The notes under the pieces: generated by a model
What the model was told of the DNA's origin: nothing
The model's input: only the letters and a program-made list of their open reading frames with translations
Databases searched by the model: none
Origin: Streptomyces sp. NBC_00258
GTDB taxonomy: Bacteria; Actinomycetota; Actinomycetes; Streptomycetales; Streptomycetaceae
Length of the DNA stretch: 32,000 bases
Direction of reading: 5' to 3'
Assembly (NCBI RefSeq): GCF_036182465.1
Contig: NZ_CP108081.1
Span: 3,374,349-3,406,348 of the forward strand
In this document: one piece after another, positions 1-8,030 of the stretch
How positions within the stretch are numbered: position 1 is the first letter of the stretch
Layout of the letters: every line of letters starts with the position of its first letter
Position numbers and translations under genes: made by a program

Positions 1-402
1 GTCCGTGCCCGTGATCGGGGCGTACCCCGCGGCCGTGACGTACTCCTTGGTGTACCGGATGCGCCGGGCCAGGAACTCACCGTCGCGGTCGAGGTCCCGC
101 AGGACGGCCGCGGCCGTGAGTCCCTTGAACACCGAGCACATCGGGAAACGCTCGTCGGCGCGGTGGGCCACGGTCCGGCCCGTGGCCGTGTCGTGGGCGA
201 AGACCCCGAGGCGTGCGGAGTACTCCCGCTCCAGGTCACTCAGTTGTCCGGAGAGGCTCTCTCCGGACAGGGTCGAGGCATGCGCCGCGGTCGGGACGGT
301 GACCGCCAGCGCCGCTCCGGCGCCCAGGGCCAGTGCCGTGCGGCGGCTCGGGCGTGAGCTGAAGCGGGCGCGGGAGCCGGGGCTGGATCCTGTGGTGTCC
401 AA
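1..402 (-). CDS. class A beta-lactamase, first 134 codons (3' end lies beyond window start)
   Basis: Not in the ORF track because it runs off the edge. Minus-strand translation from TTG 402 (AGGAAG 6 nt upstream) reads LDTTGSSPGSRARFSSRPSRRTALALGAGAALAVTVPTAAHASTLSGESLSGQLSDLEREYSARLGVFAHDTATGRTVAHRADERFPMCSVFKGLTAAAVLRDL... It has a twin-arginine signal (SRRTALAL, AHA cleavage site) and the class A S-x-x-K active-site context (FPMCSVFK). Confidence 0.8.
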   Translation of the reverse strand, partial: MDTTGSSPGSRARFSSRPSRRTALALGAGAALAVTVPTAAHASTLSGESLSGQLSDLEREYSARLGVFAHDTATGRTVAHRADERFPMCSVFKGLTAAAVLRDLDRDGEFLARRIRYTKEYVTAAGYAPITGTD

Positions 403-537
403 GACGTACTTCCTGTTCGTGCGGGCGTGGTTTTCCTTCCGATGATCAAGACGCCACGACATGACGAACGGGTTCCCACGGGCCTCGTACGACCCCATAT
501 GACCCATACGGGCTCGTACGGCACAGGGCGACGGCCC

Positions 538-1182
538 CTACGCGCCGGCGGCCTCGGCGCGTTCCTCCGACGCCACGCCCTCGACGACCGCGGACGCCTC
601 CTTCTCCGGTACGCCCGCCGCGACCAGCGTGGCGACGGCGGTCCGCGTCCCGTCGTCCTCCCACGTGCCCGTGTTGACGCTTTCGAGCAGGGAGATGGTC
701 AGGGCTTCCAGGGCGGAACTGAGGACCACCGCCGGCAGGTGGTCGTGGAACACGCCCGCGTGCTGCCCTCGTTCGAGGACGGCCGTCGCCTCGTCACGGG
801 CCGGGGCCAGCACCTCGGACACCCGCTCCATGCCCAGATCCTGGCGGGCGAGCGCCAGGAGCAGCCGGTAGCGGTCTCCCACCGACCAGATCGACAGGAC
901 GAACCGCGCGAGCGCACGCTCGGGTGCCTCCGCCGTGTCCGGTTTCCGGGCCACGACTCCGCGCAGGGCCTCGGACGCCTCCTCGGCGAGAGCGTCCAGC
1001 AGGGCCGCACGCCCCGGGAAGTGCCCGAAGAGCGTACGGCGGACCACGCCGGCCGCCCGCGCGATCTCCTCCAGGGTGACGTCGGGGTTCCGGCCGAGTT
1101 CCTGTCGGGCGGTGGCGAGGATGCGGGCCCGGTTGGAACGCGAATTGCGTCGCAACGGCTCACGGACCACGGGCTTGGGCAC
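538..1182 (-). CDS. TetR/AcrR family transcriptional regulator
   Basis: 214 aa ORF. N-terminal TetR HTH (RARILATARQELGRNPDVTLEEIARAAGVVRRTLFGHFPGRAALL). Clear paralogue of the TetR at 9777-10448. Confidence 0.9.
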   Translation of the reverse strand: MPKPVVREPLRRNSRSNRARILATARQELGRNPDVTLEEIARAAGVVRRTLFGHFPGRAALLDALAEEASEALRGVVARKPDTAEAPERALARFVLSIWSVGDRYRLLLALARQDLGMERVSEVLAPARDEATAVLERGQHAGVFHDHLPAVVLSSALEALTISLLESVNTGTWEDDGTRTAVATLVAAGVPEKEASAVVEGVASEERAEAAGA

Positions 1183-1274
1183 GACACGTCCTCGCGGATG
1201 CAGGGGGTGGGAAGGGCCCTGTCATTCTCCCACGGTGAAGGGCCACGCCCCCTGGGGCCGCAGGGACCCCTTCG

Positions 1275-1910
1275 TCAGCCGAGGTCGGGGAGTTGCCGCC
1301 GGGCGACGTCGTGGGCGTCGTCGGCCGGGACGCCCAGCATGCGCAGGACCATCTCGGCCAGGTTCACGGCGGCCTCGTCGCCGTCCAGGTCCGGGCGGGT
1401 GAACCTCAGCTCCACCAGGGACAGCAGGGTCCCGCCCAGCGCGGACAGCGCGACGGTCGGGTCGACAGGGGAGAAACGGCCGGAGGCGACGCCGATCTCC
1501 AGGTCACGCAGGGCGCGGGGAGCGAGGCCGCGGTCGGAGTGGAGATGCTCCAGTCCCCGGCGGCGCAGGACCTGCATCAGCTCCGGATGCGAGTCGGCCA
1601 TTCTGGCGCTGAGCCTGAAGCCCGCGGCCACGAGCTCCGCCGGGTCGTCGATCCCGCTCAGGCGCTCGTCGAAGGTCTGGCCGAACTCCTCCAGGGCGTC
1701 CACGACGGCCGCGTCGAACAGCTCCGCCTTCGACGCGAAGTGGTTGTAGAAGGAGCCGAACCCCACGTCCGCGCGCTCCGCGATCGCCTGGATGCTCACG
1801 CCGGTGTCACCGTTCTCGGCGAGGATCTGCCGGGCCGCGCGCACGAGCGCCTGACGCGTCTCGGCGCGACGCCGTTCGAACCGGTTGCCGGGTGGGGCTG
1901 TCGTAGGCAT
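1275..1910 (-). CDS. TetR/AcrR family transcriptional regulator
   Basis: 211 aa ORF. TetR HTH (RQALVRAARQILAENGDTGVSIQAIAERADVGFGSFYNHFASKAELF). Divergent from the dioxygenase operon. Confidence 0.9.
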   Translation of the reverse strand: MPTTAPPGNRFERRRAETRQALVRAARQILAENGDTGVSIQAIAERADVGFGSFYNHFASKAELFDAAVVDALEEFGQTFDERLSGIDDPAELVAAGFRLSARMADSHPELMQVLRRRGLEHLHSDRGLAPRALRDLEIGVASGRFSPVDPTVALSALGGTLLSLVELRFTRPDLDGDEAAVNLAEMVLRMLGVPADDAHDVARRQLPDLG

Positions 1911-1950
1911 GCGCAGAGTCTAGTCACGGATCAGACGCCGATCACAGTTC

Positions 1951-2019
1951 TGATGAATCCATCAATTAACGCTCCGGACCCCTTGACGGGAGACATTGTC
2001 AAACTTGATGATTTCATCA
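1951..2019. promoter_or_regulatory. two TGATGA-N2-(T/C)CATCA palindromes, candidate TetR operators in the divergent promoter region
   Basis: TGATGAATCCATCA at 1951-1964 and the perfect TGATGATTTCATCA at 2006-2019. They lie in the AT-richer 136-bp gap between the TetR start (1910) and the dioxygenase start (2047). Confidence 0.4.
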
Positions 2020-2046
2020 TTACGGCGATGTTGCTTGGAGAACACG

Positions 2047-3174
2047 ATGACCAGGACAGCCCACCAGGACCTCCACAGCGAGCAGGGCGCCCTGCGGGGC
2101 GAGCACCCCGGGCGCTCCCGAAACCCCGTGATCAAGGTGGCCGACCTGGCCTGGCTGGAGTTCGAGAAGCCGGATCTGGACCGCGCCGAGGTCTTCGCCC
2201 GCGACTTCGGCTTCGGTGTCGCCGCCCGCACCGAGCACGAGCTGTGGCTGCGCGGCACCCTCGCCGGCTCGCCCTGCATGGTGATCCGCAAGGGGCGTAC
2301 GTCCCGCTTCGTCGGACCGGCGTTCCGCGCGGCCGAGCGGACCGATCTCGACCGGCTGGCCCGAGCCACCGGCTCCGACGTGCGGGACCTCGATGGAACG
2401 GGCGCCCCCGGCGACGGCAGGGCCGTGGACCTCCTGGACCCCTCGGGCTTCCCGGTGCGCGTGGTGCACTGCGGCGAGGATCTGCCGGCGCTGCCCGAAC
2501 AGGGGCCGCTGCTCCTCAACTTCGGCACCGATCACCGTCGTACGAACGCCACGCAGCGCCCGCCCCGCGAGCCGTCCCGTATCCAGCGGCTGGGCCATGT
2601 GGTCCTGGAGACAAGGGTGTTCGGCCGTGCGCTGGACTGGTACCTGGACACACTCGGCATGATCGTCAGCGACTTCCTCTTCCTGGACGGGCAGCGTGAG
2701 CGTGGCCCGACGATGGCGTTCATCCGCTGCGACCGGGGCACTCTGGCCGTCGACCACCACACCCTGGCCATGCACCTGGGCCCCGGCAACGGCTATGTGC
2801 ACTCCGCCTACCAGGTCACCGACCTGGACTCGATCGCGGCCGGCGGGGAGTACCTCAACGAGCGCGGATACAAACGCAGTTGGGGCATCGGGCGGCACAT
2901 CCAGGGCAGCCAGCTCTTCGACTACTGGCGCGACCCCGACCGCTTCATGCTGGAGCACTTCGCCGACGGCGACCTGTTCTCCCGCGACCTCGAACCCGGG
3001 TGGGCACCCATGTCGACGAGCGGCCTCGCCCAGTGGGGCCCGCCGGCCACCCGCGACTTCCTCGGCGCGAGCCCCTCCCCCGCCCGGGTCCGAGACGTCG
3101 TCCAGGCCCTGCGCGGCGACAACGAAGTGGACCCGGCACGCCTGCTGGGTCTGCTGAAGGCCGTGAACTCCTGA
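2047..3174 (+). CDS. VOC-superfamily (glyoxalase/extradiol ring-cleavage dioxygenase-like) protein
   Basis: ORF 1996-3174 trimmed to ATG 2047, which has GGAGAA 5-6 nt upstream. Two VOC-type modules are visible (KVADLAWLEFEKPDLDRAEVFARDFGF... and RLGHVVLETRVFGRALDWYLDTLGMIVSDF...HHTLAM...HSAYQV). Confidence 0.7.
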   Translation: MTRTAHQDLHSEQGALRGEHPGRSRNPVIKVADLAWLEFEKPDLDRAEVFARDFGFGVAARTEHELWLRGTLAGSPCMVIRKGRTSRFVGPAFRAAERTDLDRLARATGSDVRDLDGTGAPGDGRAVDLLDPSGFPVRVVHCGEDLPALPEQGPLLLNFGTDHRRTNATQRPPREPSRIQRLGHVVLETRVFGRALDWYLDTLGMIVSDFLFLDGQRERGPTMAFIRCDRGTLAVDHHTLAMHLGPGNGYVHSAYQVTDLDSIAAGGEYLNERGYKRSWGIGRHIQGSQLFDYWRDPDRFMLEHFADGDLFSRDLEPGWAPMSTSGLAQWGPPATRDFLGASPSPARVRDVVQALRGDNEVDPARLLGLLKAVNS

Positions 3175-3234
3175 ATCCCCCCGCCCTCTGATCCCCCGAC
3201 TCCTGATCCTCCGCCCCCCGATGAAGGCAATGAC

Positions 3235-4173
3235 ATGAGCTCCAACGTCCTGCGCACCGCCGACGGCTGGTGGGTGGTGCGCGACACGCGCGCCGTCCGC
3301 ATCGAGACCAAGGCCGTCACCACCGCCGACCTGCTGGCCGACCGCGCCGCCGTCCGGGAAGCCGCCGCCTCCGGTGACACCGGCACGGCCGTCGCCGACC
3401 TGGTGGCCCTCTCCCCGGTCACCACGCCCTGCCGGGTGGTCGCCCAGATGGTCAACTACCGCAGCCACGCCCGCGATTCGGGCTTCACCGGCGACATCCC
3501 GCCCACCTTCTTCCGCAAGGCGTCCGGCTCGGTGAGCGGCCCGGGTGAGGCGATCGTCCGCCCGTCGCACGTGAAGTTCCTCGACTACGAGATCGAGCTC
3601 GGCCTGGTGATGGGCGCGCCCCTGCCCGTGGGCACCGTCGTCACCGAGCGGGACCTGCCCTCGTACGTGGCCGGGCTCGTCCTCGCCAACGACGTCAGCG
3701 CCCGTGACGTACAGCTGACCAAGACGCAGTTCTACGAGAGCAAGTCGTACCCGACCTTCACGCCGGCCGGGCCCTACCTCTGTCTGCCGGAGCCGGAGGA
3801 CTTCGCCCATCTCCTCGATCTGCGGCTGAGGTTGTCGGTCAACGGCGACCTGCGCCAGGACCGCACCCTGGCCGACATGATCGTCCGCCCGGCGCAGGCG
3901 CTGACCCTGCTCGCGCGCTTCCAGACCCTGGGCCCTGGCGATCTGCTGCTCACCGGCACCCCGGGCGGCACCGCCCTCAAGGCCCCGCCCAAGGCCGTCG
4001 AGAAGATCGGTGCGCTTCTGCCGCCCGCCGTGAAGTGGAAGGCGTTCTTCAAGAGCCAGGCCCGCAATCCGCACTATCTGCGCGACGGCGACCTGATCAC
4101 CGCGACGATCGCCACGCCGGACGGGCGGATCGACCTCGGTGAACAGCGCACCCCCGTGACCGACGCGCAATGA
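3235..4173 (+). CDS. fumarylacetoacetate hydrolase (FAH) family protein
   Basis: 312 aa. FAH-family motifs present: FFRKASGSVSGPGEAIVRP, LDYEIELGLVMG, LANDVSARDVQ, PGDLLLTGTPGG. GAAGG RBS upstream. Confidence 0.9.
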   Translation: MSSNVLRTADGWWVVRDTRAVRIETKAVTTADLLADRAAVREAAASGDTGTAVADLVALSPVTTPCRVVAQMVNYRSHARDSGFTGDIPPTFFRKASGSVSGPGEAIVRPSHVKFLDYEIELGLVMGAPLPVGTVVTERDLPSYVAGLVLANDVSARDVQLTKTQFYESKSYPTFTPAGPYLCLPEPEDFAHLLDLRLRLSVNGDLRQDRTLADMIVRPAQALTLLARFQTLGPGDLLLTGTPGGTALKAPPKAVEKIGALLPPAVKWKAFFKSQARNPHYLRDGDLITATIATPDGRIDLGEQRTPVTDAQ

Positions 4174-4220
4174 CCCACGCGCAGTGACCACCGCGAAACG
4201 AGAGCAGAAGTGAGCCGCAC

Positions 4221-5870
4221 ATGACCGTCGACCAGGCCGCCGGAGCACGGGACACCGCGCCCAGGTCGGCACACGTACCCGTGGTGATCGTCGGAGCCGG
4301 GCCGGTGGGTGTGACCGCCGCCCTCCTGCTCGCCCGGCGCGGCGTACGGACCGTCGTCCTCGAACGCCATCACGGCGTCTACCCCCTCCCCCGCGCCGTC
4401 GCCACCGACGACGAGGTGCGCAGGATCCTCCAGACCGCCGGGGTCGACGAGGAGTTCACCGCGATCGCCCGCCCCGCGCGGGGGCTCCGGCTGCTGGACG
4501 CCCGGCACCGGGTGATGGCCGAGTTCCCGCGCGCCGAGCAGGGGGCGCACGGCTTCCCGCAGACCAGCATGTTCGACCAGCCGGAGCTGGAGCGGCTGCT
4601 GCGCGACGCCCTGGCCCGCCGCCCGGAGTGCGATCTGTGGACCGGGGTGGAGGTCGTCGGCGTGGACGTCGGCGAGGACAGCAATGGCCCTGTCCGGGTG
4701 ACCCTCCGCCGGGACGGCGCCGAGGAACACCTGTGGGCGGACGCCGTCCTCGGCTGTGACGGTGCGGGCAGCCTCACCCGCGACGCCGTCGGCGCCGGAT
4801 GGCAGGACCTGCGCTTCGAGGAGCGCTGGACGGTCGTCGACGTGCGCACGAGCGTCCCGGTCCGCTGCTGGGAAGGCGTGGAACAGGTCTGTGATCCCGA
4901 CCGGCCCGCGACCTTCATGCGCATCGGCGAGGACCGCTACCGCTGGGAGTTCCGTCTGCGGGACGAGCCGGAAGCGGATCACGAGCGGCTGCGCGAGCTG
5001 ATCGCTCCCTGGGTGGATCTCTCGTACGGCTCCGACTTCGAGGTGGTGCGGCAGGCTCAGTACACCTTCCGGGCCCGTATCGCCGACCGCTGGCGCCGGG
5101 GGCGGGTCTTCCTGCTCGGTGACGCCGCGCACCTCACCCCGCCGTTCATCGGGCAGGGGCTGTGCTCCGGGATGCGCGACGCCCACAACCTGACGTGGAA
5201 GCTGGCCCGAGTCCTCCAACAGGGCGCTGACGAGCGGTTGTTGGATACGTACGAGAGCGAACGCAAGCCGCACGCCCGTCATGCGATCCGGCTCGCGGTC
5301 GCGATGGGCTGGGCCATGACCGGCGGCCAGGACGGTGCCGCCGTCCTCCGTCGCGGCGTCCTGGGCGCGGCCTTCCGTATTCCCGGCCTGACCGCGGCGG
5401 CCGCCCGTGACCTCAGTCCGGCCCTTGCCGCGGGGCCGCTCGTGCGCCGACGCGCCCTCCGTTGGACCCGCTGGGGCGGTCGCGGTCTCGTGGGCGGAAT
5501 CTGCCCGCAGCCGTGGGTGGCCGTCGACGGGCGGCGCGTCCGTCTCGACGAGCTGCTCGGTGGCTCCTTCGCCGTACTGACCGCCGTACCGCTCTCGCCC
5601 TCGCTGCGGGCGGTCGCCGGCGGACTCGGTGCCCGGGTCGTCCCCGTGGCCGGCCTCGGCGACGACGGCCACCTTGCCGCCTGGCTGCGCGAGGGCCGGG
5701 CGGACGCCGTGCTGTTGCGTCCCGACCGCGTCGTCATGGACGTCGTCCCGTCCGGCGCCGACGACTTCACCGACACCGCGGGCTGGGCGGCCCTGCTGCA
5801 CAGCACACGAAAACCTCTCCCCGCCCAACGGACCATCGACACAAGCCTGTTGAGGAGCGCCGCACGATGA
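4221..5870 (+). CDS. FAD-dependent aromatic-ring monooxygenase (MhpA / 3-(3-hydroxyphenyl)propionate hydroxylase-like)
   Basis: 549 aa. Has the GxGxxG FAD fold (VVIVGAGPVGVTAALLLARRG) and the GD and DAAH motifs (VLGCDGAGS, VFLLGDAAHLTPPFIGQGLCSGMRDAHNLTWKL). Confidence 0.9.
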   Translation: MTVDQAAGARDTAPRSAHVPVVIVGAGPVGVTAALLLARRGVRTVVLERHHGVYPLPRAVATDDEVRRILQTAGVDEEFTAIARPARGLRLLDARHRVMAEFPRAEQGAHGFPQTSMFDQPELERLLRDALARRPECDLWTGVEVVGVDVGEDSNGPVRVTLRRDGAEEHLWADAVLGCDGAGSLTRDAVGAGWQDLRFEERWTVVDVRTSVPVRCWEGVEQVCDPDRPATFMRIGEDRYRWEFRLRDEPEADHERLRELIAPWVDLSYGSDFEVVRQAQYTFRARIADRWRRGRVFLLGDAAHLTPPFIGQGLCSGMRDAHNLTWKLARVLQQGADERLLDTYESERKPHARHAIRLAVAMGWAMTGGQDGAAVLRRGVLGAAFRIPGLTAAAARDLSPALAAGPLVRRRALRWTRWGGRGLVGGICPQPWVAVDGRRVRLDELLGGSFAVLTAVPLSPSLRAVAGGLGARVVPVAGLGDDGHLAAWLREGRADAVLLRPDRVVMDVVPSGADDFTDTAGWAALLHSTRKPLPAQRTIDTSLLRSAAR

Positions 5871-7882
5871 CCAGGCCGTACCCGGACCCCTTCATGACTC
5901 CCGATCCGCAGGCCGCGGCCTCCAGCCGCATCGTGGACTTCGCCCGCCGGTCCGCCCGGCACCGGGGCGTCGGCACGGGCGACGACCACACCGACTACGC
6001 CGCGCTGCACCGCTGGTCCGTCACGGACCTGGAGGGCTTCTGGGGTGCGGTGTGGGAGTACTTCGACATCGACGCGGACAGCGCGTACGAGCGGGTGCTG
6101 GCCGAGGAGGCCATGCCGGGTGCCCGCTGGTTCCCCGGGGCGACCCTCAACTACACCCACCACGCCCTGCGCGGCCTGAGCCCCGACCGGCCCGCGATCG
6201 TCGCGCTGGACGAGACCGGTTCGGCCCGCCCGGTCGGCGCCGGGCAACTGCGTGCCGAGGTCGCCTCCGTCGCCGCGACCCTGCGCGACCTCGGCGTCGG
6301 TATGGGCGACCGGGTCGTCGGCTACCTCCCCAACACCCCGCACGCCATCGTGGCGTTCCTCGCCGCAGCGAGCCTCGGCGCCGTCTGGTCGGTGTGCGGC
6401 CAGGACTACGCGCCGAAGGCCGCCGCCGACCGCTTCGCCCAGCTGGAACCCACCGTCCTGATCTCCGCCGACGGATACCTCTTCAACGGAACCGCCCACG
6501 ACCGCCGCGAGGCGTCCCTCGAACTGGCCCGCGCGCTACCGACGTTGAAGGCCGCCGTGCTCGTGGATCACATCGGCCTGCCGCGGCTGTCCCGGAAGTA
6601 CCCGTCCCTGGCCGTGCCGTGGGAGGACGCGGCCACCCGCACGGAGCAACTCGCCTGTACGCCGGTACCGTTCGACCACCCGCGCTGGGTCGTCTTCTCC
6701 TCCGGCACCACCGGCCTGCCCAAGGGCATCGTGCACGGCCACGGCGGAGTCCTCCTGGAACACCTGAAGACCCTGGGTCTGCACTCCGACCTCGGCCCCG
6801 GCGACCGCCTCCTCTGGTACACCACCACCCACTGGATGATGTGGAACCTGGTCGCCTCCACCCTGCTGACGGGCGCCACGGCCTGTACGTACGACGGCAG
6901 CCCGGCGCCGCTCGCCCGCCCCGGCATCCTGTGGGAGCTGGCCGCCCGCCATCGCGTCACCGTCTTCGGCACGAGTCCCCAATACCTGCTGGGGATGGCC
7001 AAGTTCGGCATCGACCCGTCCGTGCACGACCTGTCGTCCGTCCGCGTGGTCGGCTGCACCGGCTCCGCACTGCCGGCCTCCGCCTATCCCTGGGTCCGCG
7101 ACCACGTCGGCGACCGCGTCCTGCTCGCCTCCATCAGCGGCGGAACGGACATCGTCTCCGGCTTCGCCGGCAGCGCGCCCACGACACCTGTCCGGGCGGG
7201 GGAACTGTCGGCTCCCCACCTCGGCGTGGCGCTGGCCGCGTACGACGCCGAGGGGCGCCCTGTCCTCGACCAGGTCGGTGAGCTGGTGGTCACCCGCCCC
7301 ATGCCGTCGATGCCGCTGTACTTCTGGGACGACCCGGACGGCACCCGGTACCACGACGCGTACTTCTCCACGTATCCCGGTGTGTGGCGGCACGGCGACT
7401 GGATCACCTTCACCTCCCACGGTTCGGTGATCGTGCACGGCCGCTCCGACTCCACCCTCAACCGCAACGGCGTACGGCTCGGGAGCGCCGACATCCACGA
7501 TGTCGTCGAGCGGCTTCCGGAGGTCGCCGAGGCCCTGGTCATCGGGGCGGAGGAACCGGACGGCGGCTACTGGATGCCGCTGTTCGTGGTCCCGGCGGCC
7601 GGTGCGACCCTCGACGACGCGCTCCGCCACCGCATCCGTGAGGCGATCCGCGCCGGTGTCTCGCCGCGCCACGTCCCCGACGAGATCCTCGCAGTCCCGG
7701 CCGTCCCGCACACCCGCACGGGCAAGAAGCTCGAAGTCCCCGTCAAGCGGCTGCTCCAGGGCACGCCCGCCGAGCAGGTCGTCAACCCGGCCACCGTCGA
7801 CGCGCCCGAACTCATCGACTACTACGCCCGGCTGGGAGCCGAACGCCGCGCGCGGACAGGTGCCGAGCCCGCCCGTCAGTGA
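5867..7882 (+). CDS. acetoacetate-CoA ligase (acetoacetyl-CoA synthetase)
   Basis: ORF 5462-7882 trimmed to ATG 5867, which overlaps the upstream TGA as ATGA. The N-terminus (DYAALHRWSVTDLEGFWGAVWEYF) and the adenylate-forming motifs (VVFSSGTTGLPKGIVH, YGSTE-like region, GKKLEVPVKRLL) are typical of this enzyme. Confidence 0.9.
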   Translation: MTRPYPDPFMTPDPQAAASSRIVDFARRSARHRGVGTGDDHTDYAALHRWSVTDLEGFWGAVWEYFDIDADSAYERVLAEEAMPGARWFPGATLNYTHHALRGLSPDRPAIVALDETGSARPVGAGQLRAEVASVAATLRDLGVGMGDRVVGYLPNTPHAIVAFLAAASLGAVWSVCGQDYAPKAAADRFAQLEPTVLISADGYLFNGTAHDRREASLELARALPTLKAAVLVDHIGLPRLSRKYPSLAVPWEDAATRTEQLACTPVPFDHPRWVVFSSGTTGLPKGIVHGHGGVLLEHLKTLGLHSDLGPGDRLLWYTTTHWMMWNLVASTLLTGATACTYDGSPAPLARPGILWELAARHRVTVFGTSPQYLLGMAKFGIDPSVHDLSSVRVVGCTGSALPASAYPWVRDHVGDRVLLASISGGTDIVSGFAGSAPTTPVRAGELSAPHLGVALAAYDAEGRPVLDQVGELVVTRPMPSMPLYFWDDPDGTRYHDAYFSTYPGVWRHGDWITFTSHGSVIVHGRSDSTLNRNGVRLGSADIHDVVERLPEVAEALVIGAEEPDGGYWMPLFVVPAAGATLDDALRHRIREAIRAGVSPRHVPDEILAVPAVPHTRTGKKLEVPVKRLLQGTPAEQVVNPATVDAPELIDYYARLGAERRARTGAEPARQ

Positions 7883-7885
7883 GAA

Positions 7886-8017
7886 GGGCGGTGCCGGGCG
7901 TCCCCTCCCGGCACCGCCCGGGCCGTGCGCCGCTCGGGCACGGCCCGTCATGGGTGAAGGAGGCCGGACCTCAGGTTCGGCCTCCTTGTGGTCGGCTCCG
8001 TTCTCCGGGAGCCGACC
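7886..8017. terminator. array of four consecutive GC-rich hairpins between convergent genes
   Basis: Four stems: GGGCGGTGCCGGG/CCCGGCACCGCCC (7886-7919), GGGCCGTGC/GCACGGCCC (7920-7946), AAGGAGGCCG/CGGCCTCCTT (7957-7987), GGTCGGCTCC/GGAGCCGACC (7990-8017). Confidence 0.5.
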
Positions 8018-8030
8018 CGCGTGTGCGTCC

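Noticed and set aside
2020-4272. Very long ORFs lying antisense to, or out of frame with, well-supported genes. Examples: 2020-4272(-), 4074-5828(-), 427-1749(+), 6536-7951(-), 7500-9530(+), 22381-24105(-), 25635-27476(-), 29799-31868(-), 1293-2699(+).
   Set aside because: These are typical high-GC shadow ORFs. The translations are Arg/Pro/Gly/Ala-rich low-complexity strings with no recognisable motifs. Each overlaps a CDS that has clear family signatures and the expected GC3 pattern.
5462-5866. 5' extensions of composite ORFs in the track. Examples: 5462-5866, 11935-12813, 14529-14783, 16603-17430, 17541-18128, 24015-24866, 28184-28648, 28780-29502, 29955-30098.
   Set aside because: The extensions overlap the upstream gene in another frame and translate to low-complexity sequence. 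Internal starts with RBS motifs or ATGA/GTGA stop-start overlaps give proteins of the expected family length.
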